DNA from: Tubiluchus corallicola
Taxonomy: Eukaryota > Animalia > Priapulida
NCBI GenBank assembly: GCA_030141605.1
Contig: JAQGDQ010000364.1
Coordinates: 1-64,000, forward strand
Length of the DNA stretch: 64,000 bases
Reading direction: 5' to 3'
The position numbers and the translations under genes are program-made. The notes under the pieces were generated by a model, which was given only the letters and a program-made list of their open reading frames with translations, did not search any database and was not told where the DNA came from. How positions within the stretch are numbered: position 1 is the stretch's first letter; each line of letters starts with the position of its first letter. This document shows positions 1 through 12,602 of this stretch, one piece after another.

Positions 1-1333
1 TTTTGTATTTCACACTGAATATTGTACTGTAGTGTTGTTCTTCATTTTTCGCTTCTGTAAACACGTGCCAGACGCCCTTGAAATGTTTATGCTATTGAAA
101 GTCACGCTCAGTTGTGACGTCATCATTTGCTGCGCCACCTAGCCGCTAATTAACTTTTTAAGCTAATATTTATTTATCACAAACACCTCGGCATTATTAC
201 AGGCGCTAAAATGTGTACTTTTTTTACCGTATTTCAAAATAAATCAGGTTGTGAAAAATCGTCCTGTTTTCCTTTAACGTAAATTATTTGTATTTGTTTA
301 TTCTTTTACACAAGGAGCTGCTATTTCTGTATAAACCGATTCTGTGTTCGACTAATTGCGCAGTGTATATACAACGGCAGCAGAGACAAAATTCGTTTGT
401 TTGTTTTAATTTCTTCTGAACTAAAGCAAAACAAATTCCAGTTTGCTTGAAAGCCATCATCAAGTGAGATTAACACTCTGACAGCTGTTTCAATATATTT
501 CAACTGTCAGAAACGTCATTAAATATATATAGTCTGTCTTGATTGTCTCGTTTTCTGTTATCTCTGATATTGACAGAAATATGCTTGCACTACTTTTTAA
601 CATTAATCGTTTCATTTGTATTATAAATATTACGGTGGATTGTTAGGGACATAGTAAACATTAAAAAATAAATGTATTAACTCGAAATTTCCACTTAGTA
701 ACTCGAAATTTTTACTCAATATCTCGAAATTCCGACTAAGAATCTTGAAATTCCGACTTAGTATCTCGAAATTCCGACTCAGTATCTCGAAATTCCGACT
801 CATTGTCTCGAAATTCCGACCCAGTATCTCGAAATTCCGACTTATTATCAATAAATTCCGACTTATTATCTCGAAAATCCGACTCAGTATCTCGAAATCC
901 CGACTTAGTATCTCGAAATTCCGACTCAGTATCTCGAAATTCCGACTCAGTATCTCGAAATTCCGACTCAGTATCTCGAAATTCCGACTCAGTATCTCGA
1001 AATTCCGACTCAGTATCTCGAAATTCTGACTCAATATCTCGAAATTCCGACTTTTTATCTTGAAATTCCGACATAGTATCTCGAAATTCGCACTTAGTAA
1101 CTCTATATTTGGACATAGTAAGTCGAAATTTCGAGTTAATACACGAATTTTTTAGTTTTACTACGTCCCTAACAATCCACCGTAAAATTTAAACTCGCTT
1201 CTTGTTGAGTTTCAGTAACGTGTATTTAGTTATTCAAAACAGTGAGTTCACATAGGATACTATTCGTGGAAAATATATTTAGGGTTTTGGTATTCTTTCA
1301 CAAAAAAAGTGTTCATACCTTAGCACCTCCATT
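1..1333. repeat. Left arm of a large inverted duplication (runs off the window edge)
   Basis: Reverse complement of about 3076-4390; mirrored ORFs 321..503(-) and 3888..4070(+) are nearly identical. Confidence 0.95.
631..1184. mobile_element. Non-autonomous DNA transposon (IS3EU-like termini) with internal 21-bp tandem array
   Basis: TIR TACGGTGGATTGTTAGGGAC...GTCCCTAACAATCCACCGTA; flanks aaatat/aaattt; unit gactcagtatctcgaaattcc. Confidence 0.8.
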
Positions 1334-1778
1334 TTCAAGTCCAATAAAAAGTGTACATTTCAACACGATTAATATTGCAAAAGCGTTTCTGATAATAAAA
1401 TGAAGTAATAGATTGAAAATTAAGGCGGGTGAGCCCAACTATTGATGACATCACAAACTAACATAATTTTCAACAACAAAAATACTCTACGAGCGTGTTC
1501 CACGTGTTTGTGAAAACGAAATTTGAAGTACAGTGCTACTGTAAGATATTAGTTTTTGTATAATGAGTTTCCGAAATGCAGGCGCTAGTGCCCGTCTAAC
1601 TAGCGAATGGCGAAATGCATGTAACAGTGAAGAACTAGTGGCGCGAATGTGAAATTGTGTTTGTGTGGTAATAATTCTTTCACGTAAGTCATTTTTGAAA
1701 AAAATAGTAAGTTTTATTTCAATATTTTAAAGATTTGATTGTTTTGACCTACAGTTTTAGATTGGGTCCCGTTTTGTA
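1330..1778. mobile_element. Family K MITE, left end missing
   Basis: Shares ccattttcaagtccaataaaaa...gatgacatcacaaactaacataattttcaac...attgggtcccgttttg with 7518-8104. Confidence 0.75.
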
Positions 1779-2060
1779 GTACGGTAGGTAGGGCAGCCCA
1801 GCACAGTGCTTACCATGAATGGCTTGCCGTGAGTAGACTTCTAGTAACCAAAAAATATTTTTTCGTTTAGGATTTTATAAAAGTTTATGCGTAAACTTTC
1901 GTATGTTTGTTGGTTTAAAATTACAATAACAACATTAAAATTACATATATTTCTTTCCTTTTACACAGTATTAAAACAGTGGCAAAAAATTCTGAAACAG
2001 AACCCCCACTAATTTCAGCTATGAGCTGCTACTGACTTAACCTGCCAACGCTGCCACAAT

Positions 2061-2439
2061 CATGGCTGAGCATTCTCTACCAGAGGGCGAATTCGAATTG
2101 AATCAAATCGGATTTTAGTATTTTCGAATCCGAATCGAATTCGAATTCACTTTTAAATATTTTCGAATAAATTTTTGATTAATTAATAAATATCGGCCTC
2201 GCAAAGATTGTGCATATTACTTGATTTTGTTCTGAAGTAAATTAGCCAATAATTTGTTTAAAAACTGCGCACAAAAATCTCAGCTAAACTTCGGTCATTG
2301 CATAACGCTTCAAGCATTTTGATAAAAAACCCATGTAGTTCAAGTGCTGACCTATTCAAATTTATAATTTTAGGTTCGAAGTGAATTCGAACTAAAAAGC
2401 TCGTTCGAATCGAATTCGGATGTTCGATGCCCACCTCTA
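2061..2439. mobile_element. hAT-like MITE, family H (degenerate ends)
   Basis: gagcattctctaccaga...gcgaattcgaat...ttcgatgcccacctcta. Confidence 0.75.
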
Positions 2440-3075
2440 CTTTGAGGAAATTGGCTAGTTAAAGTTTGGATTTTGCAACACTTTTCCGACTTGAAAATTC
2501 TTTATAACTATGAACGCTACTTAGAGAGTATTATATAATATCTTTGATTTTCTGGATAATTTACGAATTATGAATCACGAATCATGTCTGCGTGTTGATG
2601 TGTGCTTCAAATAAATAATTACTTTGTCCGCTTCGCTTTGTGGCGTGCTAGGAATCAGCTATCACTCATGTAATAGTTAACTTTCCATATATTTTGCTGT
2701 CCTGTCATATCACGTCTTTGGCCTCATATTGTACTACATTCAGATTGATACATCGACTCTTCCACCTTTTCTGAGTTAAACATGAAACAAACGAGATCTA
2801 GGAACCAAAATAAATTCCCAATTCTAAACATGATACCAGGTTTTATTCTTGTCCTGCACATGGTGCCAAAAACGCCGATTTTATTTTTGTTCTCGACAAA
2901 AAGTTTTTTGCCAAAACTTAGAAACCACTAAAACTATGAACTTGTAATTTTCATAATCAAAAGTCAATGTAACATCAAGCAGTGAAATTTCAAGTTTGTA
3001 AGGAACTTAGCTCTAGTGTTATTGCAGTTTAAACTTTGGCACATTTTTTCTGCACCACCCGGTAAATATCTTAGT

Positions 3076-4390
3076 AATGAAGGTGCTAAGGTAATGAACA
3101 CTTTTTTTGTGAAAGAATACCAAAACCCTAAATATATTTTATGTGAACTCACTGTTTTGAATAACTAAATACACGTTACAAAAACTCAACAACAAGCGAG
3201 TTTATATTTTACGGTGGATTGTTAGAGACGTAGTAAAACTAAAAAATTCATGTATTAACTCGAAATTTCGACTTACTATGTCCAAATATAGAGTTACTAA
3301 GCGCGAATTTCGAGATACTATGTCGGAATTTCAAGATAAAAAGTCGGAATTTCGAGATATTGAGTCAGAATTTCGAGATACTGAGTCGGAATTTCGAGGT
3401 ACTGAGTCGGATTTTCGAGATGTTAAGTCGGAATTTATTGATAACAAGTCGGAATTTCGAGATACTGAGTCGGAATTTCGAGATACTGAGTCGGAATTTC
3501 GAGGTACTGAGTCGGATTTTCGAGATAATAAGTCGGAATTTATTGATAATAAGTCGGAATTTCGAGATACTGAGTCGGAATTTCGAGACAATGAGTCGGA
3601 ATTTCGAGATAGTAAGTCGGAATTTCGAGATACTAAGTCGTAATTTCAAGATTCTTAGTCGGAATTTCGAGATATTGAGTAAAAATTTCGAGTTACTAAG
3701 TGGAAATTTCGAGTTAATACATTTTTTTAATGTTTACTATGTCCCTAACAATCCACCGTAATATTTATAATACAAATGAAACGATTAATGTTAAAAAGTA
3801 GTGCAAGCATATTTCTGTCAATATCAGAGATAACAGAAAACGAGACAATCAAGACAGACTATATATATTTAATGACGTTTCTGACAGTTGAAATATATTG
3901 AAACAGCTGTCAGAGTGTTAATCTCACTTGATGATGGCTTTCAAGCAAACTGGAATTTGTTTTGCTTTAGTTCAGAAGAAATTAAAACAAACAAACGAAT
4001 TTTGTCTCTGCTGCTGTTGTATATACACTGCGCAATTAGTCGAACACAGAATCAGTTTATACAGAAATAGCAGCTCCTTGTGTAAAAGAATAAACAAATA
4101 CAAATAATTTACGTTAAAGGAAAACAGGACGATTTTTCACAACCTGATTTATTTTGAAATACGGTAAAAAAAAGTACACATTTTAGCGCCTGTAATAATG
4201 CCGAGGTGTTTGTGATAAATAAATATTAGCTTAAAAAGTTAATTAGCGGCTAGGGGGCGCAGCAAATGATGACGTCAGAACTGAGCGTGACTTTCAATAG
4301 CATAAACATTTCAAGGGCGTGTTGCACGTGTTTACAGAAGCGAAAAATGAAGAACAACGCTACTGTGTATATTCAGTGTGAAATACAAAA
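3076..4390. repeat. Right arm of the large inverted duplication
   Basis: For example attcagtgtgaaatacaaaa (4371-4390) is the reverse complement of 1-20; spacer about 1.74 kb. Confidence 0.95.
3210..3760. mobile_element. Second copy of the IS3EU-like element (inside the duplicated arm)
   Basis: Same TIRs; perfect 6-bp TSD ATATTT at 3204-3209 and 3761-3766. Confidence 0.85.
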
Positions 4391-4691
4391 ATTGGGCAAA
4401 TACGGATATTTACCTGTCAAGTTTACCGCTGTGTCATGCGATTTAACAATCAATGTGACCTACGTCAGAAACGAACTGAGAGGTACAGCACCTCCTTTTT
4501 GTGCAACTGAGTTTCGACATTTATCCATCTAAGTAGGGAATGGAAAAATGCATGTAACTGGGCTCAGTGATCAAACTGCACCTCCGTGGTGATAATTCTC
4601 TGGGGGAAAGTCACTGTTAAAAAACAATTCTAAACTCTTTCAACATTTCAGATTATTTTGAGCTATAGGTTAAAATTGGGCCCTCTTTCCT
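4118..4691. mobile_element. TTAA-flanked MITE (Kolobok-like), family K
   Basis: TTAA|AGGAAAACAGG...CCCTCTTTCCT|TTAA; interior shared with several other copies; partial duplicate at 1-273. Confidence 0.75.
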
Positions 4692-5064
4692 TTAAATTTC
4701 CCCGGTTTCTGATGATAAAATAGTCTGCTGGAAACGAACAGAGCATGTTGACTTGAAACGAAAATCTAGGCTTTGAAGCTGGTTTATTTCAGATCTTATT
4801 TCTATTACAAATAATGGATGCATATATCAAATGTGCAAACGTGTGCAAATGCCCCTATAAGAACTACGTAATATCAAAATTTTGTACTTTCAACGATAAG
4901 GAAAAATTTGTATTGATGTTATGCTTACGATACAAAACCAAATTATTGAAAAAGAGTTTCTACTTTCTTATGGTGCAAAAGCTCCAATCTACATTGAAAT
5001 AAATTGACGATTCTTGAATAATATTGTTATATTTAAATACTAGATTCTAGAGAACTTTATTTAA

Positions 5065-5672
5065 AGCAAAACCGGACCCAATCTTACACTGTAAGTCAAA
5101 ACAATCTACTCTTCAAAATATTGAAAGGAAACTATTTTTCAAGAATGACTTACGTGAAAGAATTATTATCACACAAACGAAATTTCGCGGTCGTGCCACT
5201 AGTTCTTCGCTGTGAAATGCATTTTTCCATTCTCTAGTTAAACGGGGTCTAGCGCCTGCATTTCGGAAACGTTTTGCACACAAAACAGGTGATGTACCTC
5301 CCAGTTCAGATGTGTTCGTTTCTGACGTACTGCACACGTTCGACAGCTCATGCGTGAGCACAGCGGTAAATTTGAAATTTTTATCTGAGAACTTGCCTAG
5401 TTTTAGTACAACACACTGAATATCGTACAGTAGCACCAAACTTCAATTTTCGCTTTCGCAAACACGTGCAACACGCTCGTGGAATATTTTTGCTGTTGAA
5501 ACTTATGTTCGTTTCTGATGTCGTCAGTAATTGGGCTCGCCTGCCGTTAATTAAGTTTCTAATCTATTATGTAATTATCAGAAACGCTTCTGCAGCATTG
5601 ATTGTGTTAAAATGAATACTTTCTACCGTACTTGAAAATGGGGTAGTTTATGAAAAATCATCCTCTCTTCTT
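5065..5672. mobile_element. Family K MITE, full length, opposite orientation
   Basis: TTAA|AGCAAAACCGGACCCAATC...TCCTCTCTTCTT|TTAA. Confidence 0.8.
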
Positions 5673-5998
5673 TTAAGTATCTAAATTGCATTAATAGTAA
5701 CAAGTTTATGTTGATTGTCCTTATAAGTGCATTAGATTTTGTAGGGTGTCTGTATGTATTACATATAATATAAATATAAATTATTTTGTTAAAATGTAAT
5801 GGCTTCCTAAACTTGTCTAGTTGTACATATGATTGACAGAGAGAATACTGATAGATGGATAAATGACAACGACGCCATTGTTCTGTCCACTTAATATATC
5901 CCCCCCCCCCCCGTGTAAGAGACCTATAATTAACGTTTTATGTTCTGTATTTGGCTTTTTAAATTCACTGTGATTTTCATTAGTTATTTCGATCTTTG

Positions 5999-6390
5999 AA
6001 GGAAGACAGGATGATTTTTCATATACTACCCCATTTTCAAATCCAATAAAAAGTATACATTTTCATGCCAATAACACTGCAAACGCATTTCTCATAATTA
6101 AATAATAGATTTAAAATTGAATTAACAGCAGGCGAGCCCAGCTGCACAAAACTGGGCGCTGTACCTCTCAGGTTAGAGATGTTAGTTTGTGGGGAACTAC
6201 ACATGTTCAACAGCTCATGCGTGAGCACAGCGGTAAATTTGAAATTCAATTTTTTATATCTTATTGAATTTTATATCACAGGCGAACCCAGCTGTTGATG
6301 ATATCACAAACTAACATAATTTTCAATTGAAAAATATTCCACGAGCGTGTTGCACGTGTTTGCGAAAGAGAAAAGAACAGTGTTACTGCA
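5999..6390. mobile_element. Family K MITE, truncated and internally rearranged
   Basis: Starts aggaagacaggatgatttttc; 6145-6250 matches the opposite-strand part of the family; acaggcga.cccagct occurs twice. Confidence 0.65.
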
Positions 6391-7517
6391 ATGTATACCT
6401 ATAGTCTACAAACTAGCAAACTAGCAAATTAGCATACTTCGTATGAGATTATGCTTTCTAATTAGCAGCCTCAGCATCACTACTGCATTCCGGCACTGTG
6501 TTGATGATCCCATGGGATTATATAGCTTAGGCTCGTACACGATTCAATAAGCTGAAATGTTATGTTCTCTGTGAGCGATGGACTGAAAGTTCTTGAGATG
6601 TACAAGGTTAGCCCCAAGAGCACGGCTATAAAGTCTGCCTTCGATGTATGAAAGATCTCAATCTGGACAATGGAGTCACGCAAACGTTTCCTGAAATCGA
6701 GTACTTTGAAGGGAAACTTTGTTCAAACGAGTTTTATTTTATGGGTCGTTTGATGACAAGATTTCTGATTAGCCAAGAGATGCGCAAATTTAGTGAAATA
6801 ATTTATTTCTGACATCGTATGGATCTTGAAGCAATCTTAAAGCACAAGAAATCACTCTTTATATACAAAGCTAAAAATTGATTTGAAATTTTGTTTCACA
6901 TACGTGCTATTTTATTGTATACAGAGCTTGCGTTTGCAGTAACAGTACATAAACCTTTCGCTTACGTAACCTTCCGCTTTTATAGAACCCCCCGACCACT
7001 TACGTAAGCTTAAAAAATTCGCATTGAAATTTTATAACGCTTACATGCTGCCCTTTTTGCATGCAGGGCTTGCGTTGGCAGTAACACTGCATAAAATCGG
7101 TAAATTTAAACTCCCGTGATGATCATTAAGCACAGTCATTTTAACGGTAGGGTTAGGAACAAGTTTAGATAACATTGTTTGAAGTTTGAGAAAATAATCT
7201 GAGCATGCGTAGCACACTCTTCCCTAACTGAGCAAAAGTACAAGTTACTGCATCATGTCGATGAGATTGAAAGTACGTTTTTTCGGTGAGTCAGTGGTGC
7301 ACGCTGGGAAGACTAGTCAGTGATGCTTTACCAATTGGGACGACATTCTAAATGATTAAGCATTTTCTTTTCTGGATAATTAATTTTTAAGTTCTTGAAA
7401 TGCAGGTAAGTATAATGCTAAGCATTGTAACTTTGCTGGAAAGTTTTTATGGAAACATACTTCAAAATTGTCTTTTTTTCTCTTTAAGAGTATTAGGTGG
7501 AAACCTGGTAAATTTAA

Positions 7518-8104
7518 GGAGGGAAGACCGGATGATTTTTTTTACACTACCCCGATTCAAGTCCGATAAAAAGTATACGCTTTAACACGATTAATACTGC
7601 AAAAGCGTTTCTGATCATTAAATAATGGATTAAAAACTAAATAAGCCCAATTATTGATGACCTCACAAACTAACATAATTTTCAACAGCCAAAATATTCC
7701 ACTAGCGTGTTGCACGTGTTTGCGAAAGTGAAAATTGAAGTACAGTGCTGCTGTAAGATATTCAGTGCGTTGTATTAAAACTAAGCAAGATTTAAGATAA
7801 AATTTAAAATTTACCGCTGTGCTCACGCATGAGATATTGAACGTGTTTAGTTCGTCTCAAACTAACACATCTGAACTGGGAGGTACAGCACATGTTTTTT
7901 ATGCAATGCGTTTCCGAGATGCAGGAGCTAATGCCCCGTCTGACTAGGGAATGACGAAATGCATGTAACAGCGAACGTGAAATTGTGTTTGTCTGGCAAC
8001 AATTTTTTAACGTAAATAATTTTTGAAAAAATAGTACGTTTCCTTCAATATTTTAAAGAGTATATTGTTTTGACTTACAGTTTAAGATTTGGTCCAGTTT
8101 TGCT
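7518..8104. mobile_element. Family K MITE, full length
   Basis: TTAA|GGAGGGAAGACCGGATG...GGTCCAGTTTTGCT|TTAA. Confidence 0.8.
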
Positions 8105-8242
8105 TTAAAAAGAACGGCTTTCACTTTTTCACAGTTGCCACAAGTAGCTTATGCTAAACCTTATCCACGATACGCGTCCGTTTTATACATATAATTCAGC
8201 ATAAAGTGCCATTTATTTGGACAAAAAATTATTTTTAGCGAT

Positions 8243-8548
8243 CACCCTGCACCCCCACCTCCCTGCACCCCCTTCACCCTGTGCACCCTTACCATCCTGC
8301 ACCCCCACCTCCCTGCACCCCCTTCACCCTGTGCACCCCCACCATCCTGCAACACCACCTCCCTGCACCCTCACCACCCTATGCACCCACCTCCCTGTAT
8401 CCCCACCTCCCTGCACCCCCACCACCCTCCACCCCACCACCCTGTGCTCCCACCTCCCTGTACCCCACCTCCCTGCACCCCCACCATCCTGCATCTCCAC
8501 CATCCTGTACCCCCACCATCCTGCACCCCCACCTCCCATATACCCCAT
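8243..8548. repeat. C-rich minisatellite (cctgcacccccaccat/ctc, about 16-17 bp)
   Basis: Direct inspection. Confidence 0.9.
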
Positions 8549-8588
8549 GAGCTACTGAACTTAGCTGTCAGTGGCAGGAGTTACTTAA

Positions 8589-9138
8589 TGGAAGACCGGA
8601 CGATTGTTTAGACTCAATCTCATTTTAATTTACTGTTCAAAATATACATTTTCTTGCCAATGAAAGTTAGCAATTGTTTCTTATATTTGAATAATTAGCT
8701 TAGAAAGTTAATTAACGGCAACCAAACACAGCTATTACTTACGTCAGAAACTAACTACAGTTTGTGCAATCGCAGACGTCTTCCCTTGCTCATCAAGCAC
8801 ATTTGCATAAATGTTACGGTACTGCTTAAACGCATGATTTCACGAAAAATGGGCTCTATATCATATGACGTCAGAAACTAATACTGCAGTTCATGATCAT
8901 GGTTATCACGGTACCGCCTTCTATTTGTCGGCTACGCGCATGTGACAAAAAGGCGCCGTTGCCAATCTTAGTAGATTCACTGAGCCGCGCGTAGCTTTGA
9001 AAGTTTAACGAAATTTGAGTATTCGAGATAATTATTATTCAATCTGAGCTTTGATACTAAAAAAAGCTATTGTAGTTTTCAATATTTTAAGGCATTTTTT
9101 ATTCTGCACAAATGTTTACACAATCGTCCGGTTTTCTT
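8589..9138. mobile_element. Diverged TTAA-flanked MITE related to family K
   Basis: TTAA|tggaagaccggacgattgt...acaatcgtccggttttctt|TTAA. Confidence 0.7.
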
Positions 9139-10277
9139 TTAACACAGAGTTTTTGAGACATCATCACAGCTTGGTTCACTATCGAGGTAATTCCTCTTTT
9201 CAATGAACTAGTTATGCCACCCTTAATGAGGTAAACAACTAGAGTCAATATGTGGTGAAAAAACCACTCAAAGCGAATATCGAAGGCAGTAGTGAGCCAA
9301 TGGGGAGTACGCTTTAGCAACTGGGCCATGATTTCGGGTCACGAAATTACTTTATTTTTGTGTCTTGGTATTTAAAATTAGCGCCTAACTCTGAGTAAAT
9401 GAAAACTAAATTACGACAAAATACGACAACTAGCCTCTTTGACTACCAAAAAAACTGAACAGCAGACCGACGCGCCCAGTGATGCCATTTCTTGAAACTT
9501 TTGTCTAAATCTTGAAATAACGACTATCATATTGAAACGTCAAGGCACACCTTGAAAAATTTCACTTGCAAATAATTAATTAAGTTAATTTGCAGTGATT
9601 ATTAAAAATTTAAGCACGCAAGCAACCCGTAGAAATGAACAGAATGCTGTAGGCTTGATTGATGAGATTAGCATCCCTGTAGTTTAGCTAACTTGTCTGA
9701 GGTAACGCGTTAAATATAGTAAACAATCTGACCAGCAGGCTAGATTATTAAAATCACTGAACTAAAATCTTGGCTCTCATTACAGCATCAAATGGTTCAG
9801 TAGCCTCTTATAAAATTCTTTTTAATTAATTACGTAACTATTAAATTACCATCTCTTTAATTATTTAATTGTTTTAAACATTATAATGGCATATTAGTAA
9901 ATGCCAGAAAAAATTTAAGTGACTGTTATTAAAATTTACAGCAAATGCTTTTAGGTCTCAGTTTCTTCCAACGGTTTCTCTCTTTTCAAACGGTATTTGG
10001 ACTCCAAGTCTTTTTCCTTTAGTTCCTCTGCCTCTAACGGCATCAATAGATTAAGGCCAATTTTTCTTGACAACATATCTTTATCAGTTCTTTGTTTTCT
10101 GTGGTGAAGACCATGGCGTAAACTAGTTTATTTATTTCTTCTTTTGCTGCCATCTATTGAGTACTTTATACATCAACGTGGCTGTTCTTTCAGTTCATAA
10201 TCAGTTGCCATTATTCCAGCATTTAATGTTTTAACATGCAGAAGTTTTTTAGCCATAACTTAAAATCTCTAGAGCTA

Positions 10278-10735
10278 TAAACTTGTAACTTTCACTGCCA
10301 AAACTTAATGTACAGTATCGTAATATCAAGCTGTGAAATTTCAACTTTGTAATTTTCAATGCCAAAATTTTATGTACAGTATCGTAATATCAAGCTGTGA
10401 AATTTCAACTTTGTAACTTTCACTGCCAAAACTTAAGGTACAGTATCGTAATATCAAGCTGTGAAATTTCAACTTTGTAACTTTCTCTGCCAAAACTTAA
10501 GGTACAGTATCGTAATATCAAGCTGTGAAATTTCAACTTTGTAACTTTCACTGCCAAAACTTAATGTACAGTATTGTAATATCAAGCTGTGAAATTTCGA
10601 CTTTGTAACTTTCTCTGCCAAAACTTAAGGTACAGTATCGTAATATCAAGCTGTGAAATTTCGACTTTGTAACTTTCTCTGCCAAAACTTAAGGTACAGT
10701 ATCGTAATATCAAGCTGTGAAATTTCAACTTTGCA
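10278..10735. repeat. 60-bp tandem repeat, about 7.5 copies
   Basis: Unit aaaacttaaggtacagtatcgtaatatcaagctgtgaaatttcaactttgtaactttcactgcc recurs about once per 60-nt line. Confidence 0.95.
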
Positions 10736-12226
10736 GGACACTTGATTCTAATACTATTGTAAGCTAAACTTCGACTCATTTTTTGCGCCCACCCCCATAT
10801 ACAGGGTGACATTGGCCGCTGATATACAGGTTGACTTGATTTTTTTATGTTGATATGTTCTTTGATAATGTTATGTTTCTGTTGTACAAGAAGAGTAGTA
10901 GTACAATGGTAATGACATAATGACATGGTATTCAGATGAAGGCAATGGCTGCTAGTTGGCTACTTATGTACCCTTAATTTCTCAGTGTTATTGTTTAGGT
11001 TCAGCAGCTGTTGTTCAGTTGTTTGGGTTTTTAAAAACCAAATAGAAATGCGAAGCCTCGATTAATAAATTTTGCTCTTTCTTGTCTTTTATTCCCAAAA
11101 ACATGTCATTCCGTCTAAACAATAAAATGTTTATGCCAAAAAATACCAATGACCAAAAGATCAATAATTATACATAATTTAGCAGTTTTTACACTACAGG
11201 GTTGCAGTAATTTTTGACTAATTTGTAATTTAACTAAATAACTAATTTTAAAAGTAATAAAAGTAATTTCCCCCAATCATGAGCTTTCAAAACGACAATA
11301 TTTTAACGCCTTATAAACTCCCTTGTGTTAACAAAATTTTGTCCACTCAACCAGATGAGGCCTGATAATGTGATCAGGCCTAAAAATCGCCACAAGGTGG
11401 CCAAAGCAGACAACAAGAGAAGTCTGCTAAGTGTCGCTAATGCAAAATTTCCAGTACAAACAACTATTCATAGATTAGCTGACTTTCACAGGCAAAATGT
11501 AGTGGATTTTTATTGTAATGTCCTGCTGTAATGTTTCATTTTTGCAACCTATTCGCTTCTAAAATTACTGTAATGTAAACTTCGGCACATTTTCCTGCGG
11601 CACCCGGTAAAGAGCTGACGGCAGTTGCTCTATACTAGTTGCTAGTTACTAGTTACTAGTTATAAGTTACTAGGTCCTAGTTACTCTAGTTTAACTAAGT
11701 TACTCTATATTAGTTAAAAAAATTGGGAAATGTTTTTTTCAACTACTAAGTTACACGTTCGTAATGAAATAAACATGAATTCATCAACTTTTTAAGGCCA
11801 CTATTAATGTTTGATAATAGCAATTTCGATTCGTCTAAATATTAAGCCGGCGGTGTTTCGGCGTTTCGACGTTTATATATCATCCCTCAGTGAAAAAAGC
11901 TGAATGTTCATGGCAAATGAAATCACGCAGACGCAGTTTTCCCGATAGAAAAACTTTCATTATCCTTTTACTAACCAGGCCCAGCGCCGCTTGCCTTAGG
12001 TCACTAAGGACAATCTGTGGCCACAAAGGTAGATCCCTTGCAGGATTCATCCTGTGAAATTTTTCTTTGGGATACTGCTAGCAATGTTATTAGATAATCC
12101 ACACACGATATTCATAGTCTCATTTCATTTCTTATACCCTCACTTCTTACAATTATAACTGTATCACCTGCTTCTTATTCATACTGTTCATGCTATTACT
12201 GTCATGATCAATGTTTAGTCTGTCTG

Positions 12227-12602
12227 TAGGAATGAGAATCGAACGTTTGAATTCGACTCGAACCTAAAATTATAGATTCGAATAATTCAGCACTTCAACT
12301 ACACGTGTTCCTTATCGTTAAAACGTTTGAAACATCATGCAGTTAGCATAATTTAGCTGCAGCTTCTGTACAAATCTTTAACAAACTAATAGTGGTTTTA
12401 CTGCAGAACAAAATCAAGTAATATGCATGATCTTTGTGAGGCCATTTTTACTAGTGGTTCGAAAACTTGTTTGAAAATGTTTCAAACTCTATTCGAAATT
12501 CGATTCGGATTCGAAATACTGAAATTGCGTTCGATTTGAATTCGAAAATCACAAATTCGATTCGATTCGAATTTGCTTTTTGGTAGAGAATGCTCACTCC
12601 TA
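12227..12602. mobile_element. hAT-like MITE, family H (TTCGAA-rich)
   Basis: TAGG...CCTA termini; 8-bp TSD TCTGTCTG on both sides. Confidence 0.85.

Noticed and set aside
630-3761. SRNFEIL / SEFRDTE repeat ORFs
   Set aside because: Translations of the 21-bp array inside a MITE; open in multiple frames
6480-6712. Short ORF with a hydrophobic stretch
   Set aside because: No recognisable motif and only a weak AAG acceptor; cannot be distinguished from chance
9951-10125. Coding-looking minus-strand frame (RKQRTDKD...EETET*) as last exon of the membrane-protein gene
   Set aside because: No phase-compatible acceptor with a good pyrimidine tract for that frame; closer candidates exist; not supportable without transcripts
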